Positions 26,240 to 34,547 of a stretch of DNA of 64,000 nucleotides are shown one piece after another. Position 1 is the stretch's first letter; each line of letters begins with the position of its first letter. Under the pieces are notes generated by a model that was not told where the DNA came from, searched no databases, and saw only the letters and a program-made list of their open reading frames with translations. The position numbers were made by a program, and so were the translations under genes. Source of the DNA: Pseudolabrys sp. (GTDB lineage: Bacteria; Pseudomonadota; Alphaproteobacteria; Rhizobiales; Xanthobacteraceae); the NCBI GenBank assembly GCA_017849615.1, contig JAFIGS010000014.1, positions 147,740 through 211,739 of the forward strand, in the 5' to 3' direction.

Positions 26240-27853
26240 CTAGCCCCGTTCGCGCAGCATCCGTCTGATCACCTTGCCCGTCGTCGTCATCGGCATGTCG
26301 TCGATGAAGGCCACCTCGCGCGGATATTCGTGGCCGGACAGGCGCGTCTTCACATAAGTCTGGATTTCGGCGGCCAGCGAGTCGGACGGGGCATGACCGG
26401 GCTTAAGCACGATGAAAGCCTTGACGATTTCGGTGCGGATCGGATCGGGCTTGCCGATCGCGGCGGCCAGCGCGACCGCCGGATGCGAAATCAAACAATC
26501 CTCGATCTCGCCCGGGCCGATACGGAAGCCCGATGACGTGATGACATCGTCGTCGCGGCCGACGAAGGTGACGTAACCCTCCTCGTCCATGATGCCCTGG
26601 TCGCCGGTCGTCATCCAGTCGCCGATGAACTTGTCGCGCGTCGCCTCAGGCCGGCCCCAGTATTCGAGGAACATCACCGGATCGGGCCGCTGCACCGCGA
26701 TCTGTCCCACCTCGCCTGTCAACACGCGACCGTCCGGGCCGATCACCGCAACGGTGTGGCCCGGCACCGCCTTGCCGATGGCGCCGACCTTCAGCGCGCC
26801 GAGCTGCGCGCAGGAGCCGAGCACCAGATTGCATTCGGTCTGGCCGTAGAATTCGTTGATGGTCAGGCCGAAGGCGGAGCGGCCCCATTCCAGTGCCTCG
26901 AGCCCGAGCGATTCACCGCCCGAGCCCATGGCGCGCAGCTTGAGATCGTAGCGCCCGGCCGGCGACGGCACAGCGCGCATCATGCGCAGCGCGGTCGGCG
27001 GAATGAACGCCAGGCGCACGCCGACATTCTGCATCAGCGCGAAGGCTTCGTCCGGATCGAACTTGTCGAGCTTGCGCGCGACCACCGGAACGCCGTGATG
27101 CAAACTCGGCAGCAGCACGTCGAGCAGGCCGCCGGCCCAGGCCCAATCGGCCGGCGTCCAGATCAGGTCGCCCGGCTGACCGAAAGGATAATAGGGCAAC
27201 TCCGCGCCGGGCAGATGACCGAGCACGACGCGGTGGCCGTGCAGCGCGCCTTTCGGCTGGCCGGTGGTGCCGGAGGTGTACATGATCAGCGCCGGATCGT
27301 CGGGCACCGTCACCTCCGGCGTGAACGACGACGACGCGCGCGCCAGTTCGCCGTGAAAGTCGCCGACGCCGTCGGCGGCGCCGTCGATCGACAGCACGCA
27401 AGCGACATCCGGCGTTTCATGGCGAATACCGGCCAGCCGCGCCACGCCGGCGGCATTGGTGATCAGCGCTTTGGATCCGGAGTTTTGCAGCCGATAGGAC
27501 AGCGCTTCCGGTCCGAACAGCACCGCGATCGGCAGCACCACCGCCCCTAGCTTGTAGATGGCGATGTGACAGGCCGCGACTTCCGGCGCCTGCGGCAGAT
27601 ACACCGCGACCCGGTCGCCGCGCTTGACGCCTCTCGCCCTGAGCGCATTGGCGAGCTTGTTCGAGGTCTCGCGCAGCCAGCCGAACGACATGCGATCTTC
27701 GCGGCCGTCGGCATGAACGTGGAGAATGGCGAGCCTGTCCGGGTCCGTTTCGGCCCAGCGGTCGCAGCACGACGCGCCAATGTTATAGCGCGCCGGCATG
27801 TCCCAGCGGAAACGGCGGGTCAGTTCGTCGAAATCGGAAGCGTCCGGCAGCAT
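26240..27853 (-). CDS. AMP-dependent acyl-CoA synthetase (medium-chain/aromatic acid type, substrate unknown)
   Basis: 537-aa ORF. AMP-binding motif YTSGTTGQPKGA. C-terminal region contains ...GKVIRRMLRE. Confidence 0.85.
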   Translation of the reverse strand: MLPDASDFDELTRRFRWDMPARYNIGASCCDRWAETDPDRLAILHVHADGREDRMSFGWLRETSNKLANALRARGVKRGDRVAVYLPQAPEVAACHIAIYKLGAVVLPIAVLFGPEALSYRLQNSGSKALITNAAGVARLAGIRHETPDVACVLSIDGAADGVGDFHGELARASSSFTPEVTVPDDPALIMYTSGTTGQPKGALHGHRVVLGHLPGAELPYYPFGQPGDLIWTPADWAWAGGLLDVLLPSLHHGVPVVARKLDKFDPDEAFALMQNVGVRLAFIPPTALRMMRAVPSPAGRYDLKLRAMGSGGESLGLEALEWGRSAFGLTINEFYGQTECNLVLGSCAQLGALKVGAIGKAVPGHTVAVIGPDGRVLTGEVGQIAVQRPDPVMFLEYWGRPEATRDKFIGDWMTTGDQGIMDEEGYVTFVGRDDDVITSSGFRIGPGEIEDCLISHPAVALAAAIGKPDPIRTEIVKAFIVLKPGHAPSDSLAAEIQTYVKTRLSGHEYPREVAFIDDMPMTTTGKVIRRMLRERG

Positions 27854-27907
27854 GCGGGCGGCAGGCTAGTCGCCGCCTGTCGCGACGTAAAGCGTTGCCT
27901 CGATCCG

Positions 27908-27985
27908 CCTCTTCCTGAGGAGCGGCCGCAGGCCGCGTCTCGAAGGAGAGGCGGCCTCGCTGCGCTCGGGCTCCTCAGGATGAGG
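27908..27985. repeat. palindromic intergenic element, family 3 (single copy in window)
   Basis: CCTCTTCCTGAGGAGC (27908-27923) and GCTCCTCAGGATGAGG (27970-27985) are inverted repeats with one mismatch. They flank a GC-rich core. Confidence 0.7.
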
Positions 27986-27997
27986 CCGGTCGAAGCC

Positions 27998-28516
27998 CTA
28001 TCGCTTGTCGTCCGGCTGGGCGATGATCATCGCCCAGTACACCTTGTACTTCGACTTCGGCGTATAGACCGCGGCGATGCCGAGCCGGGTCGCGCCCTTG
28101 AGAAGCATGTTGGCGCGGTGCGACGGCGAATCGCGCCAGCCGGAAAACGCCTCCGCCAGGGTGTGATAGCCGGCGCTGATGTTCTCCGCGGCGGACTTGG
28201 CGTCGTAGCCTGCCGCCTTGAGGCGGGCATTGAACGGCTTGCCGACCGCATGGTCCAGCTTGTCGCGCTGCGCCATCAGTTCGGCCTGGGCCTGCGCCAT
28301 CCGGGTCAGTTCCGGGTCGATCGTCACCGCCGGCAGGCCGTTATTGGCGCGATATCCCGAAATCATCGAAGCCGCGGCCGCCTCATCGAGCCTCGCGCCC
28401 GGCTGCGTCATGCTGCGATAGAAACTCGGTTCCTCTTTAGGAACGTAATTGTCGCCGGCACACCCGGACAGCGCCAGTAAAGCAAGAACAGGCGCGCACA
28501 GACGGGCAGCGAACAT
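27998..28516 (-). CDS. CAP (SCP/PR-1-like) domain lipoprotein
   Basis: ORF trimmed to ATG 28516 (GGAGACG upstream). Lipobox is LALSGC. The CAP-type C-terminus includes GYHTLAEAFSGWRDSPSHRANML. Confidence 0.75.
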   Translation of the reverse strand: MFAARLCAPVLALLALSGCAGDNYVPKEEPSFYRSMTQPGARLDEAAAASMISGYRANNGLPAVTIDPELTRMAQAQAELMAQRDKLDHAVGKPFNARLKAAGYDAKSAAENISAGYHTLAEAFSGWRDSPSHRANMLLKGATRLGIAAVYTPKSKYKVYWAMIIAQPDDKR

Positions 28517-28643
28517 TGACGTCTCCGGAACGGATCGGATGAAAGGGCAAGCTGGCTGGCGACCATGGCCGAACGGTGGTGAACAACCGGTGTCCTGTAC
28601 ATTCTGTTCGGCCCGGCACGCCGCGGCCTGCCGGCCCGGCCGT

Positions 28644-28659
28644 TTAACCATCGGTTAAC
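28644..28659. promoter_or_regulatory. candidate CtrA binding box TTAA-N7-TTAAC
   Basis: TTAACCATCGGTTAAC is read directly from the sequence, 76-91 nt upstream of the MCP start. An extra TTAAC half-site lies at 28676-28680, 21 bp (about two helical turns) from the second half-site. TTAA is rare in this GC-rich window. Confidence 0.5.
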
Positions 28660-28734
28660 CAACTAACCCGCCCGGTTAACACCAAAAAAACCGCCCTGCT
28701 TTACCGTGGCGGGATCATCGCCGGAACCGACAGC

Positions 28735-30174
28735 ATGGCCATTGCCGCCACTGCGCAGACATTCACGCGGCTTGCCGTTGTCCTCGGCACGTCCGCTGTC
28801 GCGGCCGTCGCAGTCGGCTATTTCGTGCTCGATCCGATTCTCGGGATGTCCGACGCGGTCGTCGTGACCACGGCCGGCGCGGCCCTCGCGATGGCGCTCG
28901 CGCTGGCCGGCCTCTCCGCCCGGTTGCGCGCACAGAACCGGAAAATGGCCATCGCCTTGCGCGGCATGTTGCTGGGACTCTGCGTCTTCGACGGCCGCGA
29001 GCGCCTTGTCTATTGCAACAAGCGTTACGCCGAGCTCTACCGCTTGCCCGAGCGGCTTTGCCGCCCCGGTACGACGCTGAGCGACATCCTGGCTTTTCGC
29101 GCGACCAACGGATCGTTCATGCACGATCCATCCGAGTTCCGTCGCCAGCTCATCGAAGACATGCGTCAGCTCAAGACGACGCAAGCCGAAGTGCGCGCGC
29201 CGAATGGCCGGCTTTTGCAGATCAGCAACCAGGGGCTTCCGGGCGGCGGCTGGGTCGGCAGCCACGAGGATGTCACCGAGCGGCGCGAAGCCGCGCTCGA
29301 GCGCGAGAGCCTGCAGGTCGAAGCGCGCCGCCGCGCCGATGTCGAGACCGCGATCGCCGCGTTTCGCTCGCGTATCGACGAGCAGCTCCGCGCCGCCGGC
29401 GAAGGCGCGCGCACCATGCGCGACACCGCGACAATCCTGTTCGCCAATTCCGGCCGCACGTCGAACGGCGCGGACGCCGCCGTGTCGGCGTCGAACGAGG
29501 CTTCGGCCAATGTCGAAACGGCGGCCATCGCGTCGGACGAACTGGCGACATCGATCGTCGAGATCGCGCGGCAGCTCAGCGTCACCACCGACATCGTGCG
29601 CGGCGCGGTCGAAGAAACCCGCGGCGCGTCCTCGCAGATCGGCGGCCTCGCCGAGGCCGCGCAAAAGATCGGCGAAGTGATCAAGTTGATCCGCGCCATT
29701 GCCGGGCAGACCAACCTCCTGGCGCTCAATGCCACCATCGAGGCGGCGCGCGCCGGCGAAGCCGGCAAGGGCTTCGCCGTGGTGGCGGCGGAGGTCAAAT
29801 CGCTGGCGGTACAGACCGCGCGGGCCACCGAAGACATCGCGACCCTGATCGGATCGGTGCAGAAGGCGACCGCGAGCGCAGTCGGCGCGATCGGCCGCAT
29901 CGATTCCCGCATGCAGGAGATCGACAGTTGCACGACGATCGTCGCGGCGGCGGTCGAAGAGCAGAGCGCGGCGACGTCGGAGATTTCGCAGAACGTCGCG
30001 GGTGCGGCGAACGGGGCAAAGTCGGTGGGCACGACGCTCGACGACGTGGTCGGCGCCGCCAGCATGACCTCAGAGGCCGCCGAGAGCGTGCTGGATGCCG
30101 CGCAGGCCGTGGAAACGGCGGCGAGCGAATTGCACGACGAGGTCGCCGGCTTTCTGCGCCGCGTCGCAGCCTGA
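28735..30174 (+). CDS. methyl-accepting chemotaxis protein with cytoplasmic PAS-like domain
   Basis: 479-aa ORF. Two N-terminal hydrophobic segments are separated by only about 8 residues. A PAS-like region follows ([24 protein letters not shown]...). The MCP signalling hairpin is [36 protein letters not shown]. Confidence 0.9.
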   Translation: MAIAATAQTFTRLAVVLGTSAVAAVAVGYFVLDPILGMSDAVVVTTAGAALAMALALAGLSARLRAQNRKMAIALRGMLLGLCVFDGRERLVYCNKRYAELYRLPERLCRPGTTLSDILAFRATNGSFMHDPSEFRRQLIEDMRQLKTTQAEVRAPNGRLLQISNQGLPGGGWVGSHEDVTERREAALERESLQVEARRRADVETAIAAFRSRIDEQLRAAGEGARTMRDTATILFANSGRTSNGADAAVSASNEASANVETAAIASDELATSIVEIARQLSVTTDIVRGAVEETRGASSQIGGLAEAAQKIGEVIKLIRAIAGQTNLLALNATIEAARAGEAGKGFAVVAAEVKSLAVQTARATEDIATLIGSVQKATASAVGAIGRIDSRMQEIDSCTTIVAAAVEEQSAATSEISQNVAGAANGAKSVGTTLDDVVGAASMTSEAAESVLDAAQAVETAASELHDEVAGFLRRVAA

Positions 30175-30192
30175 CGGGACCTGACCGGGCAT

Positions 30193-30226
30193 AAAAAAGG
30201 CCGGGCAATTGCCCGGCCTTTGCTTT
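30193..30226. terminator. bidirectional intrinsic terminator between convergent MCP and L,D-transpeptidase genes
   Basis: AAAAAA-GGCCGGGCAATTGCCCGGCC-TTTGCTTTG. The stem is a perfect palindrome, flanked by an A-tract and a T-rich tract. Confidence 0.85.
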
Positions 30227-30239
30227 GACTGCTTGGCGC

Positions 30240-31346
30240 TCAGCGCGCCGGCGCCATCGGGCGCGGCGCCGGCGGCAGGCCACCAGGAGCCGGCGCGGGC
30301 GCCGCGGCGCCGGTCGAGACCGGCGTCGCACCGGCCGCATTGGCGACCGTGGCCGGCGGATTGCCGGGCCAGACCACCACGCGCGTGCCGACCTGAACGC
30401 GGCTGAAAAGATCCTCGACGTCTTCGTTGAGCATGCCGACGCAACCCGACGACACGGTCTGGCCGATGGTCGAAGGCTGATTGGTGCCGTGAATGCGGTA
30501 CAGCGTGCTGCCGAGATACATCGCGCGGGCGCCCATCGGGTTGCCGTTGCCGCCGGCCATGAAGCGCGGCAGGTAAGGCTGGCGCTCGATCATTTCGGCG
30601 GGCGGATGCCAATCCGGCCATTCCCTCATGCGCGAAATGCGCTCGGTGCCCGACCAGGTGAAGCCTTCGCGGCCGACGCGCACGCCGTAGCGCAGCGCCT
30701 TGCCGCCGCCGAGGACGAGATAGAGATAGGTGTTCGGCGTATCGACAATGATGGTGCCAGCCGGTTCCTTGGTCTGGAAGTCGACAAGCTGCCGCTTCAG
30801 GTGCGGCGGAAGTTCCTTGGGCTGGCCCTGCTCCGGCTGATCTTCCGGCGGCAGCGTCATCACCGTGTTCGACGGCAGAGGCGCCGGCGCAGCGGACGGG
30901 GCGGCGCCGATAGCTCCCGGCGGCCGCGCGACGTTCGGCGCCACCGCGGATTGGGCCGGCGGCTGCTCGTTGCCGAACTGATGGCCGGTCGGCCCCTGGG
31001 GCAGCGCCATAGGCTGGCCCGCGCCGGACTGGTTGTAGCTGGGGGGGGCATAATTGGGCTGGCCGTTATTCGCCGGCCCGATGGCCGGCGGAATGGCGCC
31101 ATTCTGCTGCGACAGGCCGGGGGGCGGCAGGCTTTCCGAGTCGATGCGCCCCTGGCTCATCTGCGACGGCTGGATCTGGGCCTGCTGGATGTCTTCATCC
31201 TGCTCCCGATCGCCGAACAGGTTCAGCAGCCCCGGAAACCGGCCGTTCTGGGCGTTGGACGCGTTTTGGGCCTGAGCCGCCGGAACGGCCAGAATGAGGG
31301 CTACCGGCAGAGACAGCAGCAAAGAGCCGAGAGGACGCTTCATCAA
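30240..31346 (-). CDS. L,D-transpeptidase (YkuD/ErfK family) with Pro/Gly/Gln-rich linker regions
   Basis: 368-aa ORF with signal peptide MMKRPLGSLLLSLPVALILAVPAAQA. The catalytic region is YRIHGTNQPSTIGQTVSSGCVGM. Confidence 0.9.
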   Translation of the reverse strand: MMKRPLGSLLLSLPVALILAVPAAQAQNASNAQNGRFPGLLNLFGDREQDEDIQQAQIQPSQMSQGRIDSESLPPPGLSQQNGAIPPAIGPANNGQPNYAPPSYNQSGAGQPMALPQGPTGHQFGNEQPPAQSAVAPNVARPPGAIGAAPSAAPAPLPSNTVMTLPPEDQPEQGQPKELPPHLKRQLVDFQTKEPAGTIIVDTPNTYLYLVLGGGKALRYGVRVGREGFTWSGTERISRMREWPDWHPPAEMIERQPYLPRFMAGGNGNPMGARAMYLGSTLYRIHGTNQPSTIGQTVSSGCVGMLNEDVEDLFSRVQVGTRVVVWPGNPPATVANAAGATPVSTGAAAPAPAPGGLPPAPRPMAPAR

Positions 31347-31630
31347 TCACCTTCGGAAAGTCGCCAGAAAGTTTCGTCAAACGGGCGGCCGCTCCGGCCG
31401 CCCGCGCGCGCCCTGATTGCCTCGCGATCAAGGCACATTCAAGACCGGATTGCCCAGTTCTCGCTAACGTGATTCAGGCGAGAAATCCGTTACTTGATTG
31501 TCATCCTGTCATGCGGCGCGGCGGATTGACAGGCCCGGCCGCATTTCGTCCATTTCCGCGCACCGCCCGACCGGACGCCCGAACGCGCCTGTCCGGGCGT
31601 CAGGATATGCCGGAGAACAAGGAACTCGGG

Positions 31631-32848
31631 ATGAATGTGGCCATCGTCGGCGGCGGGATCTGCGGATTGTCGCTCGCGCTGCATCTCAACAGGCAGGGCA
31701 TCAAGTCCCGCGTTTACGAGCGCGTCGCGGAGATCAAGCCGCTCGGCGTCGGCATCACCCTGCTGCCGCACGCCATGCGCGAATTCACCGCACTCGGCAT
31801 CGGCGAGGAGTTGCTGAAGGCGGGCATCGAGAATCGCGAAAGCCATTTCTACAACCGCTTCGGCCAGCTCATCTATCGCGAGGATCGCGGCAAGTTCGCC
31901 GGCTATCGGTACCCCGAAGTCGGCATCCACCGCGGCAAATTGCACCTGATCCTGTACGGCGCGGTCGTGCGGGCGCTGGGGCCGGAGACAGTCGTCACCG
32001 ATCATGAGTGCGTCGGCGTCGATCAGGACGACGCGGGCGCGACGGTCCGCTTCAAGGGCCGCGACCCGGTGCGCGCCGACATCGTCGTCGCCTGCGACGG
32101 CATCAATTCGGCGATCCGCAAGCAATTCTATCCGGACGACAAGGTCGTCTTCACCGGCATCAACACCTGGCGCGGCGTCACCCGCCGCAAGCCGATCTTG
32201 GACGGCCGCACCTATATGCGTGTCGGCTCCATCAACACCGGCAAGATGGTGATCTACCCGATCGTCGATGACATCGACGGCAACGGCAATCAGCTCATCA
32301 ACTGGATGGCCGAGATCAAGCGCGAGGACAGGCTCGGCCAGAACGACTGGAACCGGCCGGGTAATCTCGACGACTTCGTCCCGATCTATGAGAGCTGGCG
32401 CTTCGACTGGCTCGACGTCGCACAAATGATCAAGGATGCCGACCAGATCCTCGAATATCCCATGGTCGACAAGGACCCCATCCAGAACTGGACATTCGGC
32501 CGGGTCACGCTGGCCGGCGACGCCGCGCATCCGATGTATCCGCGCGGCTCCAATGGCGGGGCACAAGCGGCCATCGACGCCCGGACGCTCGCCGATTGCC
32601 TCGCCAGCACCGGGAACACGCCGAACGCCCTGAAGGCCTACGAGGCCGCCCGCGCCGAGCCGGCCGCCAATGTCGTGCGCACCAACCGGGCGCAGCCGCC
32701 GGACTTCATCAACATCAAGGTGGAAGAGCTGGTCGGCGATCGCCCCTTCACGAACCTGAATGACTACATCACCCAGGACGAACTGCGCGCCCTCTCGGAC
32801 GGCTACAAGAAGGTCGCGGGGTTCGGGCTGGCCGATGTGGGGAAGTAG
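31631..32848 (+). CDS. class A FAD-dependent aromatic-ring monooxygenase (salicylate/3-hydroxybenzoate hydroxylase-like)
   Basis: ORF trimmed to ATG 31631 (AAGGAA upstream; alternative ATG 31607). Motifs are VAIVGGGICGLSLAL, DGINSAIR and GDAAHPMYPRGSNGGAQAAIDA. Confidence 0.8.
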   Translation: MNVAIVGGGICGLSLALHLNRQGIKSRVYERVAEIKPLGVGITLLPHAMREFTALGIGEELLKAGIENRESHFYNRFGQLIYREDRGKFAGYRYPEVGIHRGKLHLILYGAVVRALGPETVVTDHECVGVDQDDAGATVRFKGRDPVRADIVVACDGINSAIRKQFYPDDKVVFTGINTWRGVTRRKPILDGRTYMRVGSINTGKMVIYPIVDDIDGNGNQLINWMAEIKREDRLGQNDWNRPGNLDDFVPIYESWRFDWLDVAQMIKDADQILEYPMVDKDPIQNWTFGRVTLAGDAAHPMYPRGSNGGAQAAIDARTLADCLASTGNTPNALKAYEAARAEPAANVVRTNRAQPPDFINIKVEELVGDRPFTNLNDYITQDELRALSDGYKKVAGFGLADVGK

Positions 32849-33072
32849 TCGCGCCCGGGTCGCCCGCCGGGCATAAAGAGTTGGTAAATACCGCCATAGC
32901 GCCGTAACCTTGTTCAAATTATCGTCAATTCAAAGGCTTAGGCGCCGCTTCGGCAAAGCTTTGTTACATTTACGGACTGGTCGCAGCACAGGTTCTGGTC
33001 GATTCATGCGTTTAACGAATAGACCCAACCTCCTGCCGATGTGGTTCGCGCGATGGCACTTGCCGGCTTCCG

Positions 33073-33630
33073 ATGGACGATAGCGACGAAGCCAGCGACC
33101 TTGCTCTTATGGAGCGCGTCGCCAAGGGCGACGAAGCGGCCTACCGGCTGCTGTCGCGCCGCCATGTCCCCGCGATGCTCGGGCTCGCCCGGCGCGTCCT
33201 CGGCAATGCCGCGGACGCCGAAGACGTTGTCCAGGAGGCCATGCTGCGCGTCTGGACCCACGCGCCGCGCTGGCAGCCGCTGGCCGCTTTCCGCACCTGG
33301 CTTACGCGGATCGTGGTCAATCTCTGCCTCGACCGCAAAAGGAAGGCCCCCTGGGTCGACCTCGACGCGGCCGGCGAACTGGCCGACCCGGCGCCCAACG
33401 CCGGCGAGGAAGCGGAACGGAGCGAACGCGACCGACAGGTTGACCAGGCCATCGGTCAATTGCCGGATCGCCAGCGGACCGCAATCGTGCTCACCTATGG
33501 TGACGGCATGACCAATGCAGAGGTTGCGGAAGTGATGGGAACGACCGTTTCGGCGGTCGAGACTTTGTTGGTGCGCGGCAAGCAGGCTTTGCGGCGCACG
33601 CTCGGCGACGATGCCGGCGATGATGAGTGA
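33073..33630 (+). CDS. ECF-type RNA polymerase sigma factor
   Basis: 185-aa ORF. Region 2 is AEDVVQEAMLRVWTHAPRW...FRTWLTRIVVNLCLDRKR. Region 4 is LPDRQRTAIVLTYGDGMTNAEVAEVMGTTVSAVETLLVRGKQALR. Confidence 0.9.
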   Translation: MDDSDEASDLALMERVAKGDEAAYRLLSRRHVPAMLGLARRVLGNAADAEDVVQEAMLRVWTHAPRWQPLAAFRTWLTRIVVNLCLDRKRKAPWVDLDAAGELADPAPNAGEEAERSERDRQVDQAIGQLPDRQRTAIVLTYGDGMTNAEVAEVMGTTVSAVETLLVRGKQALRRTLGDDAGDDE

Positions 33631-33639
33631 GGTTAAGTG

Positions 33640-34017
33640 ATGGCGAACGATCGCAACCCTGAGCGTTCCCGGAGCGCCCGCAAGCGCGAGCCGCTCGACG
33701 ACATGCTCAAGCGCGTCGCCGCGCCGCGCCCGGTCGACGACGCCGCGGTCGCCCGCGTGATGAAGCGCATCCAGCCGCCACTGCCGCGGCAGCAGGTGCC
33801 GCTGTGGCGGTTGCCGGCCGTTTTGCTCAACTGGGACTTCGCGCCGGCCTGGCCGCGCATGGCGGCGCTCGCCTGCAGCGCCGTTCTCGGCTTCTATGTC
33901 GGCATTGTCGGGTTTGACCGGCCGTTGGACCAGCTCGATCAGTCAGTACTGGTCAGCAGTGCCGATTCCGGCTTCTTCGTGTTCGATCCCGAACCGCTGT
34001 CCGGAGCGCGGCCATGA
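33640..34017 (+). CDS. single-pass membrane protein, candidate anti-sigma factor
   Basis: About 125-aa ORF starting 10 nt after the sigma stop. It has a charged N-terminal ~70 aa, one TM helix (MAALACSAVLGFYVGIVGF) and a short ~35-aa tail. No zinc-finger HxxxCxxC motif is present. The role is inferred from position only. Confidence 0.5.
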   Translation: MANDRNPERSRSARKREPLDDMLKRVAAPRPVDDAAVARVMKRIQPPLPRQQVPLWRLPAVLLNWDFAPAWPRMAALACSAVLGFYVGIVGFDRPLDQLDQSVLVSSADSGFFVFDPEPLSGARP

Positions 34018-34496
34018 CGGCGACACACTATGTCGCGGCGGCGTCGCGGCCGGGAACACGCTGGCTGCTGCTCGGCTCGCTGGCGCTCAATCTGTTTTTT
34101 ATCGGCATCGCCATCGCCATCGCGGTGCGGCCGGCGCCGCAGGCACGGAACTGGGACCGGGATGTCTTCGTTCGCACCGAGCGGCTGGCCGAAAGACTGC
34201 CTAAAGAAGACGCCGCGCTGCTGATCGCGCAGATGAACGCCAACCGCGACGCCATCGAGAGCACGCAGAAGCAGTATCGCGCCGCGCAGGAGGCGATCCG
34301 CGAGATCATCCGCGAGGAACCGTTCGACCCGGGCGCCCTGCGCGCGGCGATGGGCGAGACGCGCGCCGCGCGGCAGGCCTTCGACAGCGCGGTGCAGAAC
34401 GCCTTTGCGACCGCGACCACGCAGATGTCCCAGCCCGGCCGCGTCGCGCTGGCCGACTGGCGCACGCGGCGCGGCGCGAATGACAAGAATCGCTGA
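34014..34496 (+). CDS. membrane-anchored periplasmic helical protein, CpxP/Spy/CnrX-like ('periplasmic heavy metal sensor' family)
   Basis: 160-aa ORF whose ATG overlaps the upstream stop (ATGA). The N-terminal anchor is WLLLGSLALNLFFIGIAIAIAV. The rest is an Ala/Gln/Arg/Glu-rich helical domain (..AQMNANRDAIESTQKQYRAAQEAIREIIREEPFDPGALRAAMGETRAARQAF..). Family assignment is by eye. Confidence 0.6.
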   Translation: MTATHYVAAASRPGTRWLLLGSLALNLFFIGIAIAIAVRPAPQARNWDRDVFVRTERLAERLPKEDAALLIAQMNANRDAIESTQKQYRAAQEAIREIIREEPFDPGALRAAMGETRAARQAFDSAVQNAFATATTQMSQPGRVALADWRTRRGANDKNR

Positions 34497-34507
34497 CGCG
34501 CCCCACG

Positions 34508-34533
34508 CGCGCCGGTGCCCGGGCGACTTTTTT
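34508..34533 (+). terminator. terminator-like hairpin plus T6 between the ECF trio and the pump genes
   Basis: CGCGCCGG-TGC-CCGGGCG forms a 7-bp GC stem with one bulge, followed by AC and TTTTTT (34528-34533). Confidence 0.4.
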
Positions 34534-34547
34534 GAAAGCATTCATGT

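Noticed and set aside
31494-31507. An FNR/FixK-type anaerobox (TTGAT-N4-ATCAA) upstream of the monooxygenase gene: TTGATTGTCATCCT.
   Set aside because: Only the left half-site matches. The right half has 3 of 5 positions.
32904-32926. ECF-type autoregulatory promoter upstream of the sigma gene: GTAAC ... CGTC.
   Set aside because: The spacing between AAC and CGT is 14 nt, whereas ECF promoters typically have 16-17 nt. With only one candidate and no orthologous sequences, the match is not convincing.
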